Assembly: GCF_006345805.1 (NCBI RefSeq)
Contig: NC_042997.1
Location: 95,418,001 to 95,482,000, forward strand
DNA from: Octopus sinensis
Taxonomy: Eukaryota
Reading direction: 5' to 3'
DNA length: 64,000 bases
The notes under the pieces were generated by a model, which ran no database searches, was not told the DNA's origin, and saw nothing but the letters and a program-made list of their open reading frames with translations. A program made the position numbers and the translations under genes. The stretch's first letter is position 1. Each line of letters begins with the position of its first letter. Below are positions 51,659 to 63,844 of this stretch, piece after piece.

Positions 51659-51725
51659 CTCCATGTCTCCCTACATGGCCTTGCTATTTGCTTTTGAGCC
51701 AAATTAACTAACTAAACTAACTAAC
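49905..51725 (+). mobile_element. CR1-type LINE copy with short 3' UTR and (TAAC)n tail
   Basis: Abrupt GC increase at ~49905. Tail AATTAACTAACTAAACTAACTAAC. Confidence 0.88.
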
Positions 51726-52683
51726 ATATATCTTGAAAGAACGAGCAGAGGAGTGAAGTGAGTTCATGTGAAGACTTGCACTATTCAACTTTGAGTGGGC
51801 GGTTTCCTTTTCAACCTGATTTGATCTACATTATATATATATATATATATGCACATAAAAATATCAATAGGTACACTTATTTTTTATGCAATTGAATTAT
51901 ACAAGCTTATTTTATTTTATTAACTTTTAGTTTACTTTTTGTAATATATGTCATATAAATTGAAATAAAAATGGACGGCCCACTCATTTTGGGTAAATTT
52001 AAGTCATTTTAGACTGTTTAACTTTACCCTTCTGCCCAATTAATTTATGTTGCATATATATTATTACTGATACTTTATTATTACTTTCTAATTTTAATTT
52101 TAAATTATTATTTTTTAATTATAAGGATCTAAGTTCTTGATAACAATAATATTGTGCTGCAACTTTTAAAAGTGCATAGGTACAAAGATTTAACAGAATT
52201 AATTATGATATAAATGAAATAATAATAGTTTTTTACTGTTAAAAATTTGCACTTAAAAATCTATTTTCTGTTTGATAATTTCTATACATTATTGTAATTT
52301 TTATCTTTGTTTGATGAAATGGTTTTGTCGTTTGGTTGTAACAGTAGTCACCTACCATTTTTTCTGCCTTAAAATATTCATTAGATTTGTATGTATTTAA
52401 GATTACAAATGATTTAAAATTTTTAAAAAGTGCAACAAAATGCGTTTTGGTGAATTTTTATGAGATACTTTAAAAAAGTATTAGTAATTTTTTAGAAATA
52501 AATACCTACTTGTTTCTTTCTTTTTAAAGTCTAATATTGGTTGATATTTCTTCAATAGAGCATTTTGTTGAATTACTTTATTTTCTTTTTCAAGAAATCT
52601 TTTCCCATAAAATTTGTTCCCTTTTTAGATTATATTTTTAAGCATTAAATTTTCATCAAGAAAAAAACAAGTACCAGTACCTA

Positions 52684-52907
52684 TTTCTTTACTACCCACA
52701 AGGGGCTAAACACAGAGAGGACAAACAAGGATAGTTAAACGATTATATCGACCCCAGTGTGCGTAACTGGTACTTATTTAATCGAACCCGAAAGGATGAA
52801 AGGCAAAGTCGGCTTCGGCGGAATTTAAACTCCGAACGTAGCTGCAGACGAGTTACCGCTACACATTTCGCCCGGCGTGCTAACATTTCTGTCAGCTCGG
52901 CGCCTTA
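52684..52907 (-). mobile_element. tRNA-derived SINE, full length
   Basis: Reverse-complement head GGCGCCGAGCTGACAGAAATGTTAGCACGCCGGG..GAGTTTAAATTCC. ~13-bp TSD AAGTA(C/A)CAGTACC. Confidence 0.85.
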
Positions 52908-53384
52908 AAACCAAGTAACAGTACCATCGTTAGCCCGTTATCATAGGTTTGCACCCACATACCGCGAGGAGGTGATAGTTGAATTTAATGGGGGAAAGCT
53001 GCAAAATATTTAGTTTATTAGTTTATTAAATAGAGAAATACAATTTCATATCTTTTAATTCATTTAGTTTTTAAAAATTTGATTAAATACGTTCAAAAAG
53101 TAACGCAATAATAATATTCATTTTAGAAAGGAAATTGACATTATATGCCGTAAATTGAGTGTCACTAATAATATTCCAATTGTCATTATTTTTAACTATG
53201 CAAGTATAATGACTACTATTGACTTCATTCAATGTATACATTATGCCAGCTTTTGATTTAAAATTAGTGCCAAAAATATTTTGCTTTCTGGTATTAAAAT
53301 ATGTGAATTCAGCATTAATTCTTCTGACAATATCATTATTATCAATAGCATCGCCACTTTATAAAAAAAATATAAATAATGTTA

Positions 53385-54055
53385 AAGGCAATTTCTAAAA
53401 GAAAGAATATAATTTCGAAAAAAATATACATTGAGAACTATTAAAAGTAAAAATTATCTTATATTTAATCCAGTATAAATATCTTTTTTAAATTAAAAAA
53501 AAAATTAAATTTGCGCTTAAAAGACATTCCAAAAATATTTATGGTAGTGTCAGTGTTTCTGTGTTAGTTTTTATTGTATCAATATTAATTATGGTGGATG
53601 GAGTATTTCCAAGCAATCTTCCAAATGTCGATCAGCATAGCAAACGTCTTGAATTTGTAAAAATACTTTGTCGTTAAAAAAATATGTATCATCATGTTTG
53701 AATGAAATTGCGACGCTTTGCAAAGATCTATAAAAAAATTAATGAAAGTAAAAATTTAAATTTCGATTTTTTCAAAAATCGGCGATTTTTCGCCATTCTA
53801 AAAAAAATTATAAATGAAATAATTTTAAATGCAAATTCTAAAAGAAACAATATAGTTTCAAAAAAACTATTAAAAGTAAAAATTATCTGATATTTAATCC
53901 AATATAAATTATTTAAAAAAAATTAATTTTTAATTTTGTGCTTAAAAGACATTCCAAAACAAAAAAATGATAGCGTCAGGATTTCTCTGTTAGTTTTTAT
54001 TTATGGTAGCGTCAGTGTTTCTGTGTTAGTTTATATTATATTAATATTAATTATG
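53385..54055 (+). repeat. Diverged ~210-bp direct repeat (period ~445 bp), probably DNA-transposon derived
   Basis: ACTATTAAAAGTAAAAATTATCT..GCTTAAAAGACATTCCAAAA..TTATGGTAG.GTCAGTGTTTCTGTGTTAGTTT occurs twice. Confidence 0.7.
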
Positions 54056-55047
54056 ACCTGCCGCTAGCCGAGCCGCAGTAATAACAATGAAAATCGATAG
54101 ACCTCTCGTGTAACACCAAAGAGCGTATTAGATTTCAGTGGCTGAATGAAAGTCAGAAAATGATGACGACTCAAAAATGCAAATAAAATTCTAATTAATG
54201 AATTAAGAATAAAATTTTAAAAATACAAATTATATGTATTTACAACCCTTGTAATACAAGGAACATGTTAATATAAGTTTCGTTCTAATGAGTTAATGCA
54301 TATAAATAGTAGGACCCGGGTGCGCATTAGGCATTTATAGACGAGCACGTCGTTCGAGCCTCTAATTTTGTTGAGACTCGCACTCAGCCGTACTCGTCTA
54401 ATGTGAGTAGCCTGCATAAAAGAGTCAATAGACAACATATTTTTCATGTAAAATTAGTGTACATTTATACACAAAAGAGGTTAGCCTACCAGGACACCTT
54501 ACAGGCTAAAAAGAGCAGTCAAAATCCAAAACCAAGATTAAGAGTAGATTTCGAAGGGGATGAAAAATAAATACATTTTCCATAGTTACCACATGTACCT
54601 AAGTTTCTAACATTAATGAACAAACAAAATAGATTTTGACATCGGTGTTCTCATCACCCCGGCGCTACAATTGATTTATATTGATGAAATTATAGACAGC
54701 ATATGTCCCATTTACATACATTATATTATTTCAAATACATCACACAAATGCAGTTATAGTCGGTAGCAAATAAAAATATATGTACCAACGTCAAAATTAC
54801 GAAAAGTATATTACGATAATATATATAGGGTAGAAAAATAAGAGAAATTCTCTACAAATGGCTGTGGGCCTTTGTACTCTATACTAGTGCAGCACCTGGT
54901 CCTGAATTTATACGGAGTACGCGGTTCCTTTGGTACAATACAATGGCAGCCAGTTCTGGCATTTGTATAACACTCGATGCCAAATTTAGATACTCGCCCT
55001 TCAAGTAGAAAATGTTATGAGGGAAAATGTCACGAAATTTTTTATAA

Positions 55048-55140
55048 ACTGGCAGAAACGTTAGCGCGTCGGGTGAACTTCTTAGCGATATTTCGTCTGT
55101 CTTCACGTCTTGAGTTCAAATTTCGTCGCGGTCGACATTT
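55048..55140 (+). mobile_element. SINE 5' fragment (family of 52684-52907)
   Basis: CTGGCAGAAACGTTAGCGCGTCGGG..GAGTTCAAATT..GGTCGAC. Confidence 0.6.
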
Positions 55141-55357
55141 CCATTTCGGATCTTAGTTCAAATACCACAGCGTTATTCCTTACCTTTCTGTCGTATATAC
55201 TGTAAATAAAAGTATAAGCAGAACGGGGCTCATTACACCCCACACACGCCTTTAATAATTAGTAGATGCATGTGTAAATCAGAAACCATCATGCATGTGT
55301 TTACGTATTCATAATTGTATGTGCACACACACACACACACATATACATATATATCTC

Positions 55358-55831
55358 TTGAAAGGTATAACGAATAGACGCTCTAATTGATCAAAACAAA
55401 TTTATAATATTCCAATATTATAACAAATCAAACGTATATATTAAAACATCGCAGAATGCTAAAACTCAATCGCATAAAATATATACATGTATACGAATAA
55501 GAGGGGGATAAATCCTAAACGATAATACGAGTGAAGTTGAATGAAGAAAAATATATGGATTAAATTAAAGCATAATAAAAGCATTGCCTTAAATTTTTAG
55601 CCGCTTTTATTATTCATTAATTTAATCCATATATTTATCTACATTCGACTTTACACGTATTACCCTTTTAGAATTTTTCACCATTTATTCCTGTATGTGT
55701 ATATTTTATGTTATTGGGTTTTACCATTCGATGCCCTGATGTTTTAATATATATTTATGTTCCATTTATAATATGGGAATGTTATAAACTTGTTTTGACC
55801 AATTAGAACGTTTATTCGTTATATCTTTCAA
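55358..55831. mobile_element. AT-rich palindromic MITE/foldback
   Basis: TTGAAAGGTATAACGAATAGACGCTCTAATTGATCAAAAC is inverted at ~55792-55831. Inner arms ATATATGGATTAAATTAA / TTAATTTAATCCATATAT. Centre ~55590. Confidence 0.8.
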
Positions 55832-55936
55832 TTTACTTTTCTTTTTGTTTCAGTGTTACACGAGTACTACCGTATGCAGTCCCTCTTTATTCTTCGGTTT
55901 AACGAAATTATAAAAATATCCTTACATACATACCGA

Positions 55937-56135
55937 AATTGTATTAGCATGCTGCACTGATGGCACAAAACTGTCATATTTTATAATTTTTAGAAGACAT
56001 TGCCTAAAGAAAGGATACCCAATGGCATTTATGTTCGTGTCCACCCTAAAGGTTTGATGGATGAGGGAGAAATGAAACTGTGGCTTGATAAGGTTCGGTC
56101 CAGGTGACTTGGTGGGCTATTACAGAAACGTGCAT
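55937..56135 (+). pseudogene. pogo/Tigger-family DDE transposase fragment
   Basis: IVLACCTDGTKL..IIFRR/TLPKERIPNGIYVRVHPKGLMDEGEMKLWLDKV.SR*LGGL. Confidence 0.8.
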
Positions 56136-56681
56136 ATTTTTCTTACACCTGAAATTTCTTCTAAACTGTGACTTGCTATATATTCATTTTATTGGTACGT
56201 TATCTGCGTATCTGTATATCTGTGCATATATATATAGCATGATTTATTCGTGATAAGGTGTTCGAAAACTGAGGTACTACTGTATACATATGAAATGTAT
56301 ATTAAAAAGTGGGCCGTGTGAAAACTCATTTAAATGGGGCTGTGAACCAGTGTGAAACGATTTTGAACCACTGTCTTTAGCTTTTGCAAATGATATACAC
56401 TCAGGATTGTCAATGGACTATCTTGTCTCAAGCATTCACATTACAAACTGTGAAATCGTGTTTTTATTTTTTTGCAGTGTTTATCTTTTTTGAGAGAGTC
56501 TAGACATATTCTGTCGCAACGCTCTCCAAATGCACCCCATTGCTGAGCAATATATTCATTTTATTGGTACGTTATAAGCGTTCCAGAGTTACATGCAACT
56601 ATCTGTGGTCAAAAATCACTTACATTTATTTATTTATTTATTTATTTATTTAGAGAAAATTGTGTTAATAGATTACGTATA

Positions 56682-57054
56682 TCTCTCTCTATATAAACGG
56701 CAGTTTGTCTGTGCATTTTCTGTGTGTTTTCTCGTACCCTCACTCTGACCACGGCTTTCAACCGATTCTGATGAAACTTGACACATAGCCCAATGTCATA
56801 ATTCAAAACTAACGCAGCGAAAATTTTGAAAAGTCCCCCCCAGTTCTCAAAAAAAATCGATAAATTCGACATGGGGTCGAGAATCAGAAACCCAAACCAC
56901 AGACCGTCTAGGGGACGCAACTCCACCTTTTTTAACTCAAAAAAATTTACCATCATTTTTTTTCCATTTTTTGGCTATTTTTTGGCTATAACTCTAAAAA
57001 TGCTTTATAGTTATTTCCCTTACAAACCCGAGCAACGCCGGGCGATACTGCTAG
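56682..57054 (+). mobile_element. Non-autonomous Helitron
   Basis: 5' A|TCTC..TATATAAA; 3' hairpin CCCGAGCAACGCCGGG followed by CTAG|T. No TSD. Confidence 0.85.
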
Positions 57055-57429
57055 TTAAATATAAAACAGTAAACCACATCGTTTGCCATCGTGAAATGCC
57101 TGTAATATTGTGTCAGCTCTTCTGCATGGTACATTTAAATTTCACCTGAATTACAACATCCATACTTCAATCAAAACTATTATGAATAAGGTAAATAATA
57201 TATTCTAACAACATGCTCATTCTTAAGACAGAATGTGTCACTGGTACATTTTTTAAAGATAGAAGTTTACTGAAGCTTATTACGGGAACACGTCGTCGTG
57301 AAATATTCTTTTTCGGCCTATTCGTCTGTTCAAAGAATTCTATTTCGAGGTAAGATTTTCAGATGAAATTTAAAGAATACAGTAGTGTCTATTTTCAGAG
57401 AATTTAAATTATAGACAGAAGATACAGTC

Positions 57430-58680
57430 AGTGAAAATGTCGTTGCTCCGTTCATGTGCCTCACCTAGATGACGGGAGATTTGTCTGGTTACATTTGTAT
57501 CTTTCACTAGTTTTAATGTGTTTGGTCCCATCGTGCACATCGGGACACGCAGAATGGAATAGACAGTCAAGACTGGATCACACACTGAGAAGACGTAGCC
57601 GGTACCGGGTATTACAATAGACAGTTCCATCTGATTAGGTTAATACTGAGACCGAGTCCAGTCTACACCCTACCCCAGCCTTGCAATGGTAGCTCAGGAA
57701 ACAACATCTCATGCACATACAACGATCTACTGGTCACGCTCTGGACAAGCCCTAGGTTACTCCCTCAACATACTGTACATGCAGAGTATAGCAGTTCTGC
57801 ACAGTAGTCACCGAAAAGTCTTGTCACGGATTCCCATCGCCAGTAGCCTCTCCTCTGAGGGCTGGAATCATGCGCCGCAAGAGCCACCGGTGAGTCCGCG
57901 CACTTCAACTGGCGACATAGCTCTCAAGGAGAGAGTTACGCAGTCCGTATTTGCGTACATTTGCATAGGCCGCCCCCTATTCGTAACAGTTATGTCGACG
58001 ACTACTTTTTCAGAATAGCGAAGTACCAGGTCGGAAACCAGCTTGGTAGTAGAAGTTCGGTAGGCCCGATCCCATCCGACCTCCCAGTCATATTTGTGCT
58101 TCCTTCGTTACCAGCAGTCATAGATTCCTATGCCTGGTCATTCTGAATTTAAGCCCGGATACTGGCCGCTGACGCGAGCTATCGAGTCAGTCCTCTTTCC
58201 ACGACGCGGACAGGTAGCGGAGCCTCTGCCTCCGTTTGTAAGTCACCCCCGGGTAGGAAACGTATTGGAGCGCATGTTATGTAACAACAAGTAGCATTCA
58301 TCAGTTATCCGTCCCGGGCGTAAAATCCAACCTCTTTCCGATTGAACCCGAACGAAATGACAACGCGCAGGCACGCTGAACGTGTTGGGATGCCCACCTA
58401 TCGGAGTACACTCGGGAATATACGCTCACGCCTAAACGAATCAAAAGATCGAAACCCGAAACCATGTCTTGGTTCAGATCGGCAAGGCCGGTTGCCTTAT
58501 TACTCGGACGAGCTCGTATCTTAATATTAACAAGCGAAGTTTCTGTCAAATATTAGCGCATCATCCGCCATCACTCCGACTACAATATAGGAAATGAAAA
58601 GACGTCGATTAAGGAAGGTGGAGTATTCTACGGCCTCCCAAAGAGATGGTTGTGTCCACCCTCTCGAAAAAGCATTAACC
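57430..58680. other. CpG/GC-elevated segment, probably a decayed retroelement of unassigned family
   Basis: Compositional contrast only; no recognisable protein motif in the short ORFs. Confidence 0.3.
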
Positions 58681-60330
58681 CATAAAGCGAAGCTGATAAT
58701 CTTGTTCGATCATTCGTCGAGGTTTCAGAGGAGCATGACATTTTATCAATACTCCAGTTAAGCTTCCACAGAGTCGAAACCGAACTCCATGTGTCGATGC
58801 AATTCTAAATAGGGAACCAGATTTACTCTTCATTTTACAAACTGGAGAAAAGTGTTTTGCATTCCAGCATTGAAGTAAATTTTTAATAAAGCAACAGTGA
58901 ACGAGGTAAATAGCATTAAAAATGATTGAGGTATTTTCTTTATTGATATTCAAAATTCAAAGATACATAAGAAATACATTCATTAACTCCTCTCCTCCAT
59001 AGTGTTACAAATGATATTGATGAATAGGAGGAACTACTTTTATGTAAGAATTGTAGTTTAGCAAATTTACTCTTGAAATAAAGGTTTCAATTACTTAGTA
59101 TATGCACTAATAATGTATCTAATCACTTTAAATGCTTATTTCCATGACTTTCAAGTGACCTAAAAAAAATATCCAGCACTATCAACGCTAGAATTTGAGT
59201 ATCTAATTAGTTCTTTATATTCTGGTACTTCTCACGCGAGGAAAGAAAATGGATTGCATTCTCGCATGTAAAAAGGAAATGTAAGTGTATTCTGCAAATT
59301 TTGAAGACTAAATTTAGAAATTCAAGTTTGAAAAAAAAATTTAAACAACGGATGCGGCACATGAGAATCTTCGCACGAACTGACAAAGTAGATTTCGGGC
59401 TTACACTTTCACCCTCAATGTCATGTGTACAGTGCGAAAGCAAATCCATTTCATATAGATGGCCTACTTACTGGCAGAAAAAAAATTCATCGAAATAAAA
59501 TTCTATAAAATGAGTTCCGATTGAAATCCAGACATTGCTAGAACAAAAAGGAATGCCTATCTGCCTTGAACAGCATGGTTTACTAACCGTTGACAGTTTA
59601 TCAGGTAGAGTGTTGATGCTCTGAAGAGCAGAAGTAAAATATTTTACAATCCTTTTTAGCATTCACTGACAAAATTTGAAACCCTTCCTCTTTTTCTTTG
59701 AAGAAAGAGATGCATAAGCGCTTTCAATCAATTTTCAGTTTAGTCATATTTAGTGAGAGTTTAACCTATTTCTGCTTTACTCTGTAAACAAAGAATATTT
59801 CAGATATTCTGTCTATTAAAATAAGCAGTACGTACTTGCTAAATGGTTTCCCACGTCCCGTTTAGCTTCTTTTAACCCTATTTGGACACCCTGGTGGATT
59901 GATCGGCCATGTGATACAAGCTGAAAGGATTATTACACTTCAGGACGATAGATCGTCCTTCAGTTGATGTATCTCAATAGAAGAGAAATTGATATTTAGG
60001 GATACACATCGAAACACGGTGTCTCAAAAGGGTCAATATATTAAAAGTATTAAAATCAAATGTAGTATTAGAAAAACTTGAACCTAATGCAATATAGAAA
60101 TTTTTTTTGGAGGTAGAGGAGTGTACACAAATAAGTTTGCTTGTACAATTGACAGTCAACTGATTTAAACTGCCGACTTTTCTTCCGTGGAGAAAAGTTG
60201 CAATATTTAAGACATTTTCTGCATTGTAGTAAAAATATAAAGTAACAATTGGGTATATCTAATCTACACAAACTACGGATTTTAGCAAACAAAGAAAAAT
60301 CATCAAAAGAAAAAAATTAGCAAACAAAAA

Positions 60331-61070
60331 AAATCTTTTCCTTTTGAACGGCACATGTCAACAATTTCTAGTTAACTAGACACTTAAACTTCGTTTACTG
60401 GTAGAATGTGTTTATAAAAAAATTTTCTTGGCTTTCAGAAAATTCTATAGTTAAGATATTTCGAGCATTTCGGCAATTTTAACCAATCGCTGACCTCCAT
60501 TTGGGGTTGAAAATATTCCGTGCTGTATGAATATGTCCCTCGTTTAAGAAACAGATTGGGTTTATTTACATTTGCGAAGAAAAGACAACCTTCCCCCACT
60601 CCTAACTCTAAAATAGATTGAAATGCAATAGATCGATACTAGGGTTATAATTATGGGTGACATTTTCATTTGACACCGCTAGAAAAATTCCATTTTCCGT
60701 AGCGGTGTCGTAGGAAATTGTCACCCATAATTATAACCCTAGTATCGATCTATTGCATTTCAATCTATTTTAGATTTAGGGTTAGAGTTAGGTTATGTTT
60801 TTTTTCTTCGCAAATGTAAATAAACCCAATTTATTTCTTAAACGAGGTACATATTCATACAGCGCGGAATATTTTCACCCCAAATGGAAGTCAGCGATTG
60901 GTTAAAATTGCCGAAATGCTCCAAATTAAAGTGGAAATATGTTACAGCATAGAATTTTCTCAATAACGCCAAGAAATGTTTTGTAAACACATTCTACCAG
61001 TATATGAAGTTTAAAAGTGTTTAGCTAACTAGAAAGTGTTGACATGTGCCGTTCAAAAGGAAAAAAATCC
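60331..61070. mobile_element. Palindromic long-TIR element related to 43290-44097
   Basis: ~350-bp arms with an 18-nt spacer (GACACCGCTA 60672-60681 / TAGCGGTGTC 60700-60709). Termini ATCTTTTCCTTTTGAACGG / CCGTTCAAAAGGAAAAAAATCC. Short TTAGGG-like tract in the arms. Confidence 0.85.
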
Positions 61071-61305
61071 GGAAAAAAAAAAAAAAAAAAAAAAAAATTA
61101 GCAAACAAAAATATTATCAAAGAAGAAATTAGCAAACAAAAAAAATTTGCAAAAGGAAAAACTAAATTGCAAAAAGGAAAAAAAAAAAATTTGCAAATGG
61201 GAAAAAAAAAAAATTTGCAAATGGGAAAAAAAAAAAAAATTGCAAAAAGGAAAAAAAAATTAGCAAAGAAAAAAGATTAGCAAACAAAGAAAAAATTAGC
61301 AAACA
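61071..61305 (+). repeat. A-rich minisatellite (AAAAAATT(A)GCAAA..)
   Basis: Seen directly. The poly-Lys ORF 61044-61280 is an artefact of it. Confidence 0.85.
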
Positions 61306-62575
61306 GCATTGTAGTAAAAATATAAAATGACAATTGGGTATATTAAATCTACAAGTTTAACTACGGATTTTAGCAAACAAAAAATAGTAAACAGAAAAAA
61401 AATGTTGATTCCACTCAAATACATAAAGTGCAGTTGCCAATGTCAGTTTCTTTATAAGTATTCAGGAAATACGAATCTAATTTTAGAATTTTGTAACCGA
61501 TTTGATAGACTGAACATTGATTAGCAAATTACTACGTAAAGGCAGCAAAATATTACTTTTATGCTAGAACTAGATTTTAAAATGTTATTCTTTTCTATAA
61601 AAAAAGAGAAAGGATTTATCCGGATTATATAATAGGCAGTACGATATTCCAGTATTACGGTTAGGCTTTGTTTAAAATACTTTTCAGAGCTAGGACTGTC
61701 CGTTTAATATAAAGATTCACACCAATGTTACCTTTAGCGAGATTATTTTGTCGCATTTGTATTCTGATTTTATGATCAAGTTAACGATTTCAAATTAAAG
61801 TCTCGAGATTTGACCAAATTTACCACTAATCATTAATATGCTTTCTATGGAGATATAGTTTAATTCTTTTAATTAGAGTTGGCATTTGTTGCTTCACTAA
61901 AAATTCTAAAATAAATATCTTACTAACTTACTTAGCCCCCCAAAATAACACAGAAATGAAGATATATCTAAAGTTAATTAAAATGCCATATATGAAATAG
62001 ATTCAAATTCGTTTTAATTGCAAATAGTTTGCATGAAATAGACGTAAAAGCGAACGGGGTGTTGATAAGAAACAATCTATTTCCAATCATTGAAGTTTCA
62101 GTAAATATTTCGCAACACAACTATGTATTATTAAAACGCGAGAGAAGACACTAGAGTAACAAGTTCAGGTGTTTTATCATTATTACTTTGTTAGTTTACG
62201 TATTTGAGTGAAAACAGTTCAGCAGACAAAAAAATTCTGTTTAAGATGAACACTAGGATAATTTCAATTGTGTAAAGAAGATTAGATAAAAATATAAAAA
62301 GTTTTGGGATTTTTTTTTTCTTTTTTCAAATGAAGATTGCTTTAATGTTCCAAAACCTTGTAATTTATGATAAGCATATTATCAGAAAGATCAGATTTAG
62401 AAATAGGCAACCCCTAAGTAGTTGATTACAACCACGAAAAAGTAATATATAATCGAAAGTTATTAAAAATTTATAAAATTAAAAGCTTACAGGTTAGTTA
62501 CTTATGTTAGTTCATCTATAGGTGGTAGAAGAGTATAAGGGCGCCGATATAGATATCTTATGAAAAAAATGCGTC

Positions 62576-63187
62576 TCATATGCCGCTCAAAGGTGGTCGT
62601 ATAGTGGCTAGCTCCATCGCATTGTCGCGTAGTTCTGGATAATAGACCGCTGGATTCTTCAAACGTATGTATACACAATAAATGCATATGGAGAATATAA
62701 CTATTCCCAAACATACTGCAAGGATACCTACAATGTAGGAATGATTAGCTTTGGTATGAGGATTATTGGTAGTTGTCGGGTAATCAGCAGCAGTTGTAGT
62801 AGTTCCAATTTGTGAAGTAAAATTGGTGGGATCAGACATGGTGGAATCATTTGGAGAAACACGTTCAATTGCTGGAGAATTTGTCACATTCGTTGAATTC
62901 AAAATCGACCGCTTGAAAATCCTCGCCTCTCCTTTCGGTATATCATATTTCATATCAGTCACTTCCGGGGTAACGTTCGGCTTACACAATACAGTGTTAT
63001 TATCAAAAGAGTAGTATTCGTCTCCTTTGCATTTCAAGTTTCCAACCGTTAGATTTTTCAACTCGTGACGAATTTTCAGCGGCTCGCCATAAACAGCTAC
63101 ATTAGAATTATTAAATTCTGGATATAATATCGCGAAAGCGAGAACCACAAATAAGCGTTGAAACATAGTAAAAGCGAAGGAAGCCAT
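62576..63187 (-). CDS. Uncharacterised type I membrane glycoprotein, 203 aa (paralog B)
   Basis: Signal-like N-terminus, about nine NxS/T sequons, Thr-rich stalk, TM segment YIVGILAVCLGIVIFSICIYCVYI and a ~30-aa tail. In-frame TAA 3 codons upstream of the ATG. Paralogous to 41772-42569. Confidence 0.82.
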   Translation of the reverse strand: MASFAFTMFQRLFVVLAFAILYPEFNNSNVAVYGEPLKIRHELKNLTVGNLKCKGDEYYSFDNNTVLCKPNVTPEVTDMKYDIPKGEARIFKRSILNSTNVTNSPAIERVSPNDSTMSDPTNFTSQIGTTTTAADYPTTTNNPHTKANHSYIVGILAVCLGIVIFSICIYCVYIRLKNPAVYYPELRDNAMELATIRPPLSGI

Positions 63188-63844
63188 TGCGTGTTAATTA
63201 TTTCGACAGTGTGTAAACCCGTACGCTGAATGAAAAATATACTGCGCTTTTTTGACAGTTACCACTTGTATTTCATATATATATATATACAGGCGTGTTT
63301 TGGGCTATGCCACTTTTAAAAGAAATTGCGTTTGCAGTACATCCTTTGAAAAGTAGGCTGTCCTTACATATAAAATAATAGAACTTACTTTTTATTTTCG
63401 TTAGTATTATAATAATATATTTTTCGATATGTCGCAACTTACGAACAAAACAATTACATTCATATCAAACGGTTCCTTGAAGCCGGTTTCGAATCTCTAA
63501 TTATCTCATTTCTTTTCTCTCTTATTGTATGGGGAAAGATCCTTAATATTCCGATGCATGACAGTGCTACATAATTGAGAGAAATATACCTGGCTCCTTT
63601 TTATTATCGGCATGAAGCCTTAAATATAGAGGGGACACTACATGGACAGACAACACAAACGGGGGTACATATAACGATTAACGAAGATTTATGAGGTGTG
63701 AAAAAATAATGATAATGAAATGGCTTTCTTCCCACCAAAGTAGAAAGTTGCATTTTACAGTTTTTACTGTTCAGTTTATATTTATTTGTTTTACTGTTCA
63801 GTTTGTATCTTTTTTTTTTAATATACCAGAAAACGTGTGACATC

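Noticed and set aside
51173-51664. 163-aa antisense ORF and other ORFs overlapping LINE ORFs
   Set aside because: Shadow frames of GC-richer RT coding sequence.
48416-51725. Twin-priming 5' inversion joining the minus-strand endonuclease to the plus-strand CR1 RT
   Set aside because: The geometry fits, but the endonuclease piece is decayed and AT-richer while the RT is intact. They are separated by unrelated microsatellite DNA, and no shared TSD was seen.
58675-59662. Cluster of short Cys-containing ORFs as a possible gene
   Set aside because: No recognisable motifs, no consistent frame and no splice pattern.
61044-61280. Lysine-rich 78-aa protein
   Set aside because: Translation of an A-rich minisatellite.
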